Positions 1 through 11,896 of a stretch of DNA of 64,000 bases are shown in pieces (positions within the stretch are counted from its first letter, which is position 1; every line of letters begins with the position of its first letter). The position numbers were made by a program, and so were the translations under genes. The stretch is from Podarcis melisellensis (taxonomy: Eukaryota): assembly GCA_964234715.1 (NCBI GenBank), contig OZ174280.1; one strand, given 5' to 3'. The notes under the pieces were generated by a model, which saw only the letters and a list, made by a program, of their open reading frames with translations, was not told the DNA's origin and did no database searches.

Positions 1-158
1 ACAATAGATGACCAATCTTACAGCCCTAGAAACTCACTAGCTTCACCCACTTTAATGTGCACTGGCTTTCACTTACAGAAACAGGAGCATTGCTATAAAA
101 CCCCAAATAATTCATTGTCATTTTAGCTAATCTAGATTTTTTAAAAAACATAAAATAC

Positions 159-297
159 CGGCTATGTAGATTCGAGAAGACCAGGGCCTGGTTGAAAGGA
201 ATCTTGCTGAACAGCTCCTGTAAATGTTCAGCCTTCTCCTCAAAAGTCTTATGAGGTAACGGGTGAGAATTCACAACTTTGAAGTACTGCTTCAACC
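159..297 (-). CDS. DDX20: DDX20 coding exon 6 (motif IV); gene continues beyond the left edge
   Basis: Encodes [49 protein letters not shown] acceptor, GT donor; 139 nt. Confidence 0.95.
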
Positions 298-479
298 CTA
301 ACCAAAACAGGATGGGCTTATATATCATTTGTACAAACAAAAACTCCTTTGAGGAAAGGATACAAATGTAACAATAATAAACTGTTGTCCCAATATTTCT
401 GGCTAAGTTGTTATATAGAGCATTAACATGGCAGACAATAAATTCAAACCACATATTTATCAAGGTGGAAAACTCTATA

Positions 480-622
480 ACTGGGGTGGTGATTGTATGG
501 CTTGGCTTTCCAGAAACTATTGGACTCTCGACTTCCATCAGCCCCAGCCAGCAGGGCCAATCATCAAGGATGATGGGAATTAAAGGCCAGCAACAACTGG
601 AAGGTCATAGGTTCCCCACTAC
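480..622. mobile_element. Degenerate short hairpin hAT-type MITE in DDX20 intron 5
   Basis: Similar to the 11225-11362 family: internal inverted repeat ACTTCCATCA...GATGGGAATT, ending GGTTCCCCA. Confidence 0.55.
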
Positions 623-692
623 TACTTTAGAATCAAGCATACTAACATATTTGGAGGGTTGTGCAGAAATGCAAAGTGCACATCATACATAC

Positions 693-835
693 CAATGAGA
701 CTTGGGTCAGTGGGATTCAATCTCACAAAGGTGGGATCTCTCATGTACCTAGTCAAAGAATTAGCCAAGGATTCAGGATAGGTGGCCGACACAGCCAACA
801 TTTGCTTATTGGCTGGTAGAGAAGAATAAATCCAA
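693..835 (-). CDS. DDX20: DDX20 coding exon 5 (SAT motif III)
   Basis: Encodes [49 protein letters not shown] acceptor, GTATG donor; 143 nt. Confidence 0.96.
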
Positions 836-941
836 CTAAAGAGAGAGGGAGGGGGGAAAGCACCATTTAGAAAAAACACTTCAAACCAAATATGTTTCAG
901 AAACAAAAAGATTATAATGATTACTGGTAGGCTACTCTTAC

Positions 942-1056
942 TTGACTTGATCCTGGAAACTACCTTCTTCCAGAAGCTTATCTGCCTCATCAAGAATGAA
1001 GAGACGAATGCTGGCTGTATTCAGATAGTTCAGTTCTATGAGTTGCTTTATGCGCC
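942..1056 (-). CDS. DDX20: DDX20 coding exon 4 (DEAD motif II)
   Basis: My translation: [40 protein letters not shown] acceptor, GTAAG donor; 115 nt. Confidence 0.95.
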
Positions 1057-1282
1057 CTGCCAACAACAAAACTTGCATTAGGATCTTAACCATACAACAC
1101 ATCTAACTGAAATAAATATACTTTTGCAAAAGAATAGTAAACATAGCACCTTGCTAAATATGACTGATATAACTCTCTATGTGCAGTTTTCAAATTCTGC
1201 TCTGTAAATATGTTTGCACAGACAGCATCCACTAGTTTTTGTAGCACAATGCAAGATTTGATAAACATTTTATTTGTCTCAC

Positions 1283-1451
1283 CAGGAGAGCCAACTGCTA
1301 TGTGACACTTTTTCAGCCTCATTTTATCTTGGTTTAAAGGGGTTCCTCCAATGAAGACATGACATTCCAAGCCTTCCATCTTGATCCCAATAGTTGTAAT
1401 AACTGCATGAATCTGAACAGCAATCTCTCTGGTAGGGGCCAAGATCAAAAT
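1283..1451 (-). CDS. DDX20: DDX20 coding exon 3 (motifs Ia, GG, Ib)
   Basis: Encodes [22 protein letters not shown]...HVFIGGTP...IAVGSPG. Polypyrimidine+AG acceptor, GTGAG donor; 169 nt. Confidence 0.96.
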
Positions 1452-1687
1452 CTGAAAAAAGGTCAAGCTGTGAATAGACTAGAAGAATACACAAAAAATG
1501 AATACATCATATTTCCTAGATTATTAACCCCTCTGCTCCCGTAACAGATGAGGGCACCAATAAGTGACACTTCTTTGATGGCATTTTTAGTCAGCTAGAA
1601 GCCAGATATCCCCTCAATAAGTGTCAATCATACTTACAAAGCATCCTTAAATATCAGCATAAATCCATATGTAACAGTTATAATAAA

Positions 1688-1820
1688 CTGAGCTCTCGTG
1701 TGCATGCACACGAAAGCTCATACCAAAAACAAACTTAGTTGGTCTCTAAGGTGCTAGTGGAAGGAATGTTTTTATTTTGTTTCGACTACGGCAGACCAAC
1801 ACAGCTACCTACCTATATCT
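1688..1820 (+). mobile_element. Penelope-like element end fragment with partial hammerhead ribozyme
   Basis: GTGTGCATGCACACGAAAGCTCATA...TTAGTTGGTCTCTAAGGTGCTA resembles the reptile Penelope terminus. 12-bp TSD AGTTATAATAAA at 1676-1687 and 1821-1832. Confidence 0.75.
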
Positions 1821-1953
1821 AGTTATAATAAAGCTTACCTATGAGGGAGCTAGAATGAAACTCTCACTGAATAGCACTACCCTTGTAAATAACCTTGTTA
1901 TTGATTACTGACATCACTTCTCTCAAAACTTTACACAAAATTATAATGCTCAC

Positions 1954-2048
1954 CTGCGTAACCAGGCTTTCTAAGATAAGGGAATCAAGTGCAATAGTAG
2001 AGAAGACACAGGTTTTACCAGTGCCAGATTTTGCTTGTACAATGAGAT
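1954..2048 (-). CDS. DDX20: DDX20 coding exon 2 (motif I / Walker A)
   Basis: Encodes [34 protein letters not shown] acceptor and GTGAG donor; 95 nt, restores frame with exon 1. Confidence 0.96.
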
Positions 2049-2504
2049 CTGAAAAGTAAACAAATAGAAAAATGTCAAGAAGCAGCCAAAAGATCACCAA
2101 TCCAGGACCAAAGAATCAAGAAAATTAGGCCAGTCATGTCATCAGCAACCAATTCACTTTCAATGGAACACCGCTCCAAAGCTAAAACCATCCAACACTC
2201 ATCCATCTAATAGCGAATAAATATTTACAGTACACCAATCACATTAAAATATATTAAAATTGGCACTAGACGTTTCATCAGTATTATTAGCTTCATCTGG
2301 CAATTTTGTGTCTTCCAAGTGACATCTAAACAAACAAACACATAATACAAAGCCCTTATCCTGGTACAAGCACAAAAGGGGCCCTGGTAGTGGGTCTTCT
2401 TGTAGTAACAATTTTCTTGAAGGCAACTTGCTCTTCACCTCTGATCTTTCTCTACAATATGCAGGTGGATGTAAAATACTAGGTGTTTGCTTCATTTCTC
2501 ATCT

Positions 2505-2562
2505 CACCGCATACCAGAGTGGCAGGGGAGGCCCAGCCAGATGGGCGGGGTATAAAGAATAA

Positions 2563-2610
<48 letters not shown>
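2505..2610 (+). mobile_element. L2-type LINE 3' tail with (ATT)n microsatellite
   Basis: CCAGAGTGGC...CCCAGCCAGATGGGCGGGGTATAAA followed by an ATT repeat; same tail family as 16640-16802 and the 3' end of the 25823 element. Confidence 0.75.
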
Positions 2611-2614
<4 letters not shown>

Positions 2615-2984
2615 GGACATGTGCAGAGTATACACCACTTCAATCAATAATAAGACTCTCAAAACATCAATTTTAATCCAAAAGTCCTGCACAGACTCAA
2701 ATGTTTTATTGTCTGTTTTTCATAGACCATCTCCCTCCATGCTCTCACCATATGCCTTTTAAAAAAAATCCACAAGGACAAAATAAGGCAATGGTTGCAT
2801 CTGTGGCACATGCCACTTTAGTTTGGCCTGCAACCTACAGCCCAGTTTTGCATATTAGCCACTTAGCTAAGGAGCCTACTGCAATACGAGAAAGGCTCAT
2901 TGCTTCAGAAAGGCCTCCTTAAACATGCCGTGAATGCAAGCACCAAGCTCTGGCATCACCCTCCAAAAGGTAAAATGGCTGTTA

Positions 2985-3468
2985 CAGTGGTACCTCGTTT
3001 CTCAAACACCTTGGCACTCAAACAACTTGGAACCCAAACACTGCAAACCCAGAAGTAAGTGTTCCGGTCTGCGAACTCTTTTCGGAAGCCGAACATGCTC
3101 CGTTTTGACTGTTATGCTTCCAATTTGAGTGTCACAGTTCCATTTTGAGTGTTACACTGAGGTCTGCCTGTTTTTGCTATTTATTTTGCATTTTTGTGGC
3201 TCTCTTTTTTGTTTTTTTGACTGCGTGGAACCCAGTTCAGCTACTGACTGATTGATTGTGTGACTGCGGTACATTGTTTATTGCTTTCTTTTTATGGATC
3301 AATGGTCTCATTAGATAGTAAAATTCATGTTAAACTGCTGTTTTAGGGGTTGTTTTTAAAAGTCTGGAACGGATGAATCCATTCTGCATTACTTTCTATG
3401 GGAAAGCAAGCCTTGGTTTTGGAACAGACTTCCGGAACGGATCAAGTTTGAGAATCAAGGTACCACTG
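2985..3468. mobile_element. Tc1/mariner (Tigger-like) non-autonomous DNA transposon
   Basis: TIRs CAGTGGTACCTCG...CAAGGTACCACTG flanked by TA target duplications. Confidence 0.85.
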
Positions 3469-3689
3469 TACCTTCTACAACCCACATTGCTCCACTGCCT
3501 CAGCAGCATTTTTCTTCCCAACGCAAGTTCTTGGCCTGACTTCTGACACACTCCTATCCTTTGGCACAAAGGCTCTACACCCAGGGCCGACCCAAGACAT
3601 TTTTGCACCCGAAGCCAAAACCCAATGGCAGTCCATTCCCTGCCGGGGAAGGAGTGGAGATCTACAGGAAGAACAAGGGCGAGGAAAGA

Positions 3690-4520
3690 GAAAGATCCAT
3701 ATCGGGATCTGCTGACCCTGGGGATCCTGCCGCAGGAGGCGACCGCCTCACCCGGCCTCGTGGGTGGGCCGGCCCTGCCCACACCCCTCATCCCAATCCC
3801 TCATCCCGCCTCACCCAGGCCGCAGCGCCCCAGCGGGATGGCTTTGAGCTGCACTGGGGAAGGCCTCAGGAACCCGGCAGCTTTCAGCCCCTCCAGGACC
3901 GGGGCCGACAGCAGAAGCGACCCGAAGTCTTCGGGCCCTTCGTGCAAATGCACGTCCCGGGTACGGAGCCAGCTCTCAGCCGGAGCCACCTCGGGAGCCG
4001 CCATCTTGGAAAAGAGAGCGGGAACCCTGGGAAAGCGTCGCGAGAAACGAGGGGCGACGAGCCCTTGCGGATGTGACGACAGAGGTGCGCGCGCCGAACA
4101 CACACACGCGCCAAAGATACGGCGCGGAGGGCGGGGTAGAGAGAGAAGCACTTCAGAGAAGTGCCTGAGGGAGGAAGCGGATTGCGGGGGGAGAGATAAT
4201 TAGATGGCTGAAAGAGGGCCGAACCATTGAGACAGGGGTGGGGGTGGAGTGAGCGTAGGTACTTTAGGCTGTGGGCGGAACCAAGCAGCCCTTCTTTGTG
4301 GGGGGGGGGACCGAGGAGGCTGCACCTAAGCGAGAGAAATAAAGGGCTTAGCTAAGGCAGCGTCAAGACTCAAGATGGGTGGAAAGGAGGAGGAAGAGGA
4401 GGCGATCGCGGGCTGCTTCCATCTCTATACTGCCTGAAGCTCGTGTTTTCATGGCAGAAGCCCCCGTTGCTGCCTCCGTTTCGCTTCCTTTTCACGCTTC
4501 TTTCCAGTGTGTCTTTTTCT
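3690..4520. promoter_or_regulatory. CpG island / DDX20 promoter
   Basis: High GC and CpG density around exon 1. YY1-type GCCGCCATCTT overlaps the start codon; TCGCGAGA at ~4039; GCGCGCGC at ~4087; GC boxes. Confidence 0.85.
3815..4004 (-). CDS. DDX20: DDX20 (Gemin3) DEAD-box RNA helicase, coding exon 1
   Basis: ATG at 4004 in AAGATGGCGG context. Encodes [18 protein letters not shown]...[37 protein letters not shown] (Q motif). GT donor at 3814-3813; 190 nt, phase 1. Confidence 0.95.
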
Positions 4521-4957
4521 AGATTGGAAGCTCCTGCGGGCAGAGACCTGTTCTCATTCTTTCTTAATCACTTTCTACCTGAATGGGATCTAGCTATTAT
4601 TATTAATATTAGTATTATTATTATTTATTTTTAGATAGATAGATAGATAGTTTTTTAATTTTTTATTTTTCTGCTGTGGTTATTGTATTGATGTTTTCTC
4701 TTGTTTTGTTTCGGAATTTTTAGTAAGCTGAATTGGAATTTGATAATAAAGAGCGGGATCAGTATGTTAATAAAACGAACATTTGGCCCTCGATTAATAA
4801 CAATCATATATAAAATTCAGTGATAAATATATATCAGCTAGAGGCTTCTACATTTTAAGCACACCTAGTTTGGGAATGCTGGGTAGAAGATCCATTGAGA
4901 AGTTGGGAATTACTTCTGGTTGAAGATGAATCCAATTGGGTACCGATCCTAAAATTA

Positions 4958-5318
4958 GGTAAAGGTAAAGGTACCCCTGCCCGTACGGGCCAGTCTTGAC
5001 AGACTCTGGGGTTGTGCGCCCATCTCACTCAAGAGGCCAGGGGCCAGCGCTGTCCGAAGACACTTCCGGGTCACGTGGCCAGCGTGACATCGCTGCTCTG
5101 GCGAGCCAGAGCCGCACACGGAAACGCCGTTTACCTTCCCGCTGGTAAGCGGTCCCTATTTATCTACTTGCACCCGGAGGTGCTTTCGAACTGCTAGGTT
5201 GGCAGGCGCTGGGACCGAGCAGCGGGAGCGCACCCCGCCGCAGGGATTCGAACCGCCGACCTTTCAATCGGCAAGTCCTAGGCGCTGAGGCTTTAACCCA
5301 CAGCGCCACCTGCGTCCC
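4958..5318 (-). mobile_element. Sauria SINE, full length
   Basis: On the minus strand: GGGACGCAGGTGGCGCTGTGGGTTAAA head, B-box GGTTCGAATCC, (ACCTTT)n tail. TSD TAAAATTA. Confidence 0.93.
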
Positions 5319-5993
5319 TAAAATTACTTGGGAGTAAAAATCCTAAAATTACTTGGGAGTAAAACCTACAAGCAAATGGAACTCGTGTGTAAAGTTGTAT
5401 AGGATATGATTAACTTTTGCAAGGAGTGATATACATGGTGATGATTGATCACCATTTGCTAGTAGTCAATAAGGCTCAACAGAACTCTTTGTTGACAAAA
5501 TCTACGTTATAATTTTGTTTGTTCAATAACAATTGCACATGCTGTTTCTTACCAGAAGAGGGTGCACCCTGCTCAGAAACGTGTCTTTTCTAAAGCTGTG
5601 CAGCAACAAAACTTCCCGTTCTGTATCAGTTTATGAGCAAAGGAACTGCAATCATAGAAGACTTCTCAGGCCTGGACCAAGCAGTGGGGAGAGAGCTGGC
5701 ACGTGTCCCAAGCAGCAGGTTGGGCAGTGGGGCAGCAAAATTATTGGCTTGTCGTGCCCACTCCTGTGTGTGCACAGATTCTCAACTTTGCCAGGTGGGG
5801 TGGGGCAAAAGTTTGCAAGGATGAATGTGGGACAGACTTCCAAGTCTCGCACACCCCTCCTTTTAGGCTCCACAATCAGGGCTTGAAAGGGGTGGGTGTG
5901 GGGAGTCTTGGAAAACCTACTATGAGCTGATCTCTGTGTTGAAAGGGATTGGTGCTGAGCAGGCTTTTTGAGCCTCCCCACTTTGAAGCTCTA

Positions 5994-6219
5994 CAGTGGT
6001 ACCTCAGGTTACATACACTTCAGGTTACGGACTCCGCTAACCCAGAAATAGAGCTTTAGGTTAAAAACTTTGCTTCAGGATGAGAACAGAAATCGGGCTC
6101 CGGCGGCGTGGCAGCAGCAGGAGGCCCCATTAGCTAAAGTGGTGCTTCAGGTTAAGAACAGTTTCAGGTTATGTACGGACCTCCCGAACGAATTAAGTAC
6201 TTAACCCGAGGTACCACTG
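5994..6219. mobile_element. Tc1/mariner-type MITE
   Basis: TIRs CAGTGGTACCTCAGGTTA...TAACCCGAGGTACCACTG, TA TSD; near-copy at 18183. Confidence 0.88.
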
Positions 6220-7444
6220 TACAGGATTTCAAAGCCTCCCCACTCCTTGAAAAGCCTTCCTGGTATGAAGCCAAACCCTGGAAACTATAGTTAATTTAAA
6301 CAACAACAAAAAGATTGATGATCCTGAATTGTCAAACCATAGTTTTAAGTTAGGCTGCAATCCTATACCCACATACGTAGGAGCACGTCCCATTAGCTTT
6401 AATTAGACTTACTTTTGTGTGCACATTATAGGATGGTGCAGTTAGTCTTTTAAACGAACTTAGTTGTGTCACATGATCGTATGTACTGTGTGGTTTGCCC
6501 CTTGTATATGGAGGTGGTTGTTGGCAGTGGACACTTCTTCCATATTTTATTTCTTTTTTGCATTCCTTTTGATTTGGATATATTTATACAAGTGAAACTT
6601 ACATAGCATAGACTATGCATTGGGCAAGCATGACATGAACAGGGAAGAGAAAGGGTTCTTTTGTAAGGTATATATTTTAAAAACTTATTTAAAATTTAAC
6701 TTACAATTTTGTTGTGCACATTGAATATGGATGTACAGTAGATTAAAAAAAAAATTTGCTTTTTTTTTTTTAATAAATATGCGCAACCTGTTTTTCCAGA
6801 GAGTGAAACACAAGTGCACTCCTAGGAAAAATCTATATAGCCTCCTTTCCCCATAAACTATCCAATCTTGTTAACAGAAAAGTTTGAAACAGCTGTTTTG
6901 GGGTTTGCGCAGTTTCTTTCTCCTGTTTCACTTAATGTGATGAGCAGCCGCTCTGTGATGTCAGCTCGTATTTAAAGTTATGGGTGAGCTGAGAAGTGAA
7001 GAAAGAAACTTTTTTCCAGGCACAATTCTTGTGTCCCTATATCTTTTGTTAGTGGTGGTCCTGTTATTGGCTTTTGGAGGAAAAAACTTAACAGACCTAA
7101 GTTCTTAACAATGCAATCTATACCTGTCTGTTCAGTAGTAAATCCCATTCAGTACAGCAGGGCTTAATCCCAGGTAAGTGTGCATATGCCTTCATGTTTT
7201 CACCTCCATGCATGGAGTTGCACAGCCCATGGAGATTGTGCAATCAATGGCTACTAGTCATAATGGCTATGTGCTAACTCTAGGATCAAAGGCCACATAC
7301 CTCTGAAATAATACCAGTTTTTAGGGATCAACATCAGAAGAGTGCTGTTCCGGTCATGTCCTGCTTGTGTGCTTCCCATAAGAATTTGACTTGATGCTGC
7401 AGAAAGCAGGACTCTAGACCGGGCAGTCCTTTGGCCTGAGCTAC

Positions 7445-7686
7445 CAGATCCTGAAGCTGAGGCTCCAAAACTTTGGCCACCTCATGAGAAGAGAAGACTC
7501 CCTGGAAAAGACCCTGATGTTGGGAAGGGGACGGCAGAGGACGAGATGGTTGGACAGTGTTCTCGAAGCTACCAGCATGAGTTTGACCAAACTGCAGGAG
7601 GCAGTGGAAGACAGGAGTGCCTGGCGTGCTCTGGTCCATGGGGTCACGAAGAGTTGGACACGACTAAATGACTAAACAACAACAAC
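7445..7686 (+). mobile_element. BovB (RTE) LINE 3' fragment
   Basis: Translates to ...GHLMRREDSLEKTLMLG...RQRTRWLDSV...WRALVHGVTKSWTRLND, typical of the BovB C-terminus; (CAA)n tail; appears to carry a small internal deletion. Confidence 0.9.
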
Positions 7687-8878
7687 CAGGACTTCTCATA
7701 CATTCTTATGTTAGTCCATGCTGCTTGCAGAATTGCCTTCGTATGTGGCGTACAAATCTCTTGGGCTCTGCTCTAGCTTGGCCTCACAAGTCTGTCCAAG
7801 TGCTTTAGAAATTAATAGTTGGTTTCATTTCCAGGAATAACCAACCAACAAACAAAAAACATTTGCTGCTACCAGAACATCAGTTGTTCATTCATTCATT
7901 CATTCATTCCTGTCAAGTTCTCAGTTTGGCATAAGATCTGTTTTTTATGTGGAACAGGAGGCGAAAGTGTTCAGAAAACATACCCTTATATTCTGCTGCA
8001 TCTGCCAAGAAAGGGCTAACACATATATCCCTTCAGTAAACTACAAGGAACATTTGATTTGCAAATTTTCCTGGTTAGGAGTAACTGCAGTCATGTATGA
8101 CTGGGACATAAAAGCACTCCCCTGTAATTGAAATTCCACAAATGGAGCGGGGAGGGAGAAACCCTCTCTGAGCAGCTGAAATGATTAGTTATACCTTTTA
8201 GCAAAAGGGCGTGATCCCTCAGGGTAGCAGACCCGATTTATAGTGTTCTTTATGAAAACAACCTCTCTTCATTCTGCTCCAAGGCAATGCGATAAATAAC
8301 CTTGCCTATTTGGCATACAGTGTTACATACAGCCCGATACGTAATTTAACACTGATGCAAACAGTGTGATCTGTTAGCTAGGGAAATTGTGCTATGGCTT
8401 CAAAAGCAAGGAGGTGGGTTTTAATTGACATAGTGATTCTGAAATGCAACTGCCATTCATATCAGTGATTCCAGGGAGGGGGAACCCTTTGCTCTTGGTT
8501 AGCAGACAAGAGAAACCTGCAATAAAACGCTGCAGCGTGGAATGCACCTGTTCAGGGTGTTAGCCAGCTGTGCCCATTTCCAGGGCACTCCGCTGCATTT
8601 CTCCTCCCGCTTTCTTGCTCTACAATAGGCACTCAGCATTGTGTGACCACAAGAGCATATTCTGTATTCATTAGGCTGTTTTGGGGTCCCTCATAAGGGT
8701 TATCCTCCCTGATTTGTTGAGTACCTACAAATCTTGGAGTTCATCCAAGCTTGCTAATACCTTCATCTTGCGCATGAGTGGTTCCATTTTGGCTATATAT
8801 GGAGTTTTATTCTGAATAGACCCACTGAAATGAATGAACATGACAATTTCAGTAGGTCTACTCTGAGTAAAACTTAGT

Positions 8879-9231
8879 AAAAGGTAAAGGGACCCCTGAC
8901 CATTAGGTGCAGTCGTGGCCGACTCTGGGGTTGCGGCGCTCATCTCACTTTATTGGCCGAGGGAGCCGGCGTACAGCTTCCAAGTCATGTGGCCAGCATG
9001 ACTAAGCTGCTGCTGGCGAACCAGAGCAGTGCACGGAAATGCTGTTTACCTTCCCGCCAGAGCGGTACCTATTTATCTACTTGGCACTTTGCTGTGCTTT
9101 CGAACTGCTAGGTTGGCAGGAGCAGGGACATAGCAACGGGAGCTCACCCCATGCGGGGATTCAAACTGCCGGCCTTCTGATCAGCAAGTCCTAGGCTCTG
9201 TGGTTTAACCCACAGTGCCACCCGCGTCCCT
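8879..9231 (-). mobile_element. Sauria SINE, full length
   Basis: Same head and tail as the other copies; 13-bp TSD AGTAAAACTTAGT (8866-8878, 9232-9244). Confidence 0.93.
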
Positions 9232-11224
9232 AGTAAAACTTAGTCAGATACCATTCAGGGAGTTGTATGAGGCCAAATGTATACCAGTTATACTGTTTGT
9301 GTTTTTAAAATAATTTGATTAGAAATTTGGTAGACTTTGGCTGCTATGCAGTATATACTTACTTAGAAGTAATCAATGCACGCAAGAAGTCCTATTTTCT
9401 GTCCCTGGCTTCTCCAGTTGGATTGAAGGCAACCTAAGCCATCTTTACCCATTAGACTGTGGAAAGTAACTGTTTTGTATCTTCAGGCCATTCTTTCATT
9501 TCATTGTGGCATTTTATAGAATTAGCCATTCAGGGTTGCTAACTGCAAAATTAAGTATGGATTACATTAGCTTGGGATATATATATATATTGTGTGTTCT
9601 GTTAAGCAGCAATAAAGATAATTGGTTCCACTTTTGCAAGTTGTCATAATAATCTGGCACTTCAAAACCACATAAAAAGCAAATTTTGGCTTTGACTTTT
9701 GGGCGAGACTTGTTTGAGGAAATAGTTTAAAAAATCTAACCAAGATATTTCTGCCTATGGATTTGTGTCTGCAGTGGAAATAGTGACACACCAATAGAAA
9801 AGTGACAGCCAGAGCAAGCATTGGGAAAGATAATCATTCCTCTCACAGACATGTGATATTACAGCTAATTTAGTAACTGATATTCTGTTGGAGGTGTCAC
9901 GGATGTCAGCTTGGCAACCCTGCAAGCTTCCTAGAGGGGGTTGTTCAAGTAATTGCTTCCTCCTTAAACAGGGTTTGCCAAACCCTAACCCCTCAAACAC
10001 AGTTGACATCATTTGCATAATATGCACTCCAAGTACCCTAATCATGCATTATGTACAAAACTAATCTGTCTGATTTGCATAACTTACTCGGACTGATTCG
10101 TTCCACTTCCATCAAATACTACAAGCTGTGAGAAAAGCAGAAGTGAAATATGCTTTAACCTGTTTTGTTGTTTAATGCCTGTTTATGCTCACAGTTGGCC
10201 TGTCAGAAATAAAACAGGGTATATTCAGCTAGGGCACATATGCATATTTCTGACCTCCTAACACAACACCAGAAGCAGTCTTTCCAGATGCTACCTCTTG
10301 TCTACCTGGCGTTACTAACATCACACGTGAACTGAGAGGTGTAACACAGTATCCTCTGTTACCTACTCAGGTGAACTGCTTCTCTTGGCAGTTACAACAA
10401 AAGGGAAGCAAGACAATCAGATTCAGGCTTGATGCTATTGTACAATGACTGGCAGGCTAGCCTGGGATCCAGGAGATCCTGGGCCAACTCAGCCCTGCAC
10501 CTGCGCTTGCAGTTTCCCATTTTTGCTGTTTGCACTGTTCCCACTGGCAGAGGATGTCGTGAGTGGATTCTTGCCCACTCACACGTTTGGCAGCTGGCAA
10601 GAGGCCAGCTGATTTGGGAGAGCTGGGTGGAGGGTCACCTCTGCCTAATGCAACCTTCAGATCCAGTCTGGGAGGGTGGCTCTGTCCCTGTTTTATTGTT
10701 TACTGATGGACAACTGTATGGTTTTATTGTGTTTTATTTGTATTGTATTGGCATTGTCCCCCACTTTAGGATTATTTTATTATGGATAGCGGGTAACAAT
10801 TTTATATATATATATATATATATATATGCCTTCAGCACCAACAATTCCAAGACATTCCCGAAGCGTAGCATGCATCCATGATTTAATAGGAGGATGAATA
10901 TGCTCCATTAGATTTTGCCTCCATTGCTAGTATCCATGTAGCACTCATACAGGTTGATATTTGCACACCAGCTCTGGGGATTTAAAAGCACAGGTCCCTC
11001 AACTTATGCATTCAAATCCTCTAGTAGATGGCTTTGAAATCCTTAGCCACAGTGTTTCATGTTTGAGGACTCACCAGTCTGGTTTCATACCTGTCATTTA
11101 AATAGACAAGAAATCAAGACTAATTGCGTGAGGCTGTGTATCTTGAAATCCTCTTTAAGGTTTTTTGTTATTATTTTTTAAAACCACGAGGTTGAAGTGT
11201 CTTTAAAATTCTGTTACTGTAGAA

Positions 11225-11362
11225 CAGGTGTGGGGAACTTTAGGTCTACTGGATGTTGCTGAACTACAACTCCTGTCCTGCCTGGCCATGAGTCATGCTT
11301 GCTGGGTCCAATGGGAGTTGTAGTTCAGCAACATTTGAGGAGACAAAGGTTCCCCACATCCG
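11225..11362. mobile_element. Hairpin hAT-type MITE
   Basis: TIRs CAGGTGTGGGGAAC...GTTCCCCACATCCG with a long internal palindrome; 8-bp TSD CTGTAGAA/ATGTAGAA. Confidence 0.8.
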
Positions 11363-11896
11363 ATGTAGAACAAAACCCTAGTCTACCAGGCATACAGTAT
11401 TGTGGCCAAGCCTTCATGTGGCAGTCTGGAAGTGCTGTTGGCCTCTTCGAAACAAAGCAGAGCATCCCAGTGGAACTATAGTCACATGTTTACAGGACCT
11501 CCTGACAGTCACCTATGATATGCTGGAGCCTTTAGCAACTGTGTAGCAGGCAGAAATTCAACAGTTTAAGACTGGAAATGCAATTATGGGGAAAGTTCTA
11601 GCTTTTCACATTTTTTTCTCTCAGATATTTTATTATGTGTGCGGACGCTTATTTGTTTTTGAACCCTCCACTCCATCTGCAAAAGAAGATACAAATTGCA
11701 TATGATACAAAGCCTATGCAAATATTGTGTCCTCATTTGTGAGTGGTTGAAGGGCCCAATCCACATATAGTAGGCCTAGAAAAAATCCTGTTGGCACTCC
11801 AGAACAGAAGTAGTGATACAGATTCCACCGAACGGGAGGAGGCCTGTATAGTAACACAACTGTTTTATTAAATTAACACTAAATAAGGGTGTCAAA

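Noticed and set aside
1-158. DDX20 exon 7
   Set aside because: No segment translating to the expected continuation was found; it lies outside the window.
3561-4203. Plus-strand 171-aa and 192-aa ORFs antisense to DDX20 exon 1
   Set aside because: Expected stop-codon depletion in a CpG island; no recognisable domain.
4958-5318. tRNA gene suggested by the GGTTCGAATCC B-box (also at other SINE copies)
   Set aside because: It is the tRNA-derived head of Sauria SINEs, with TSDs and tails.
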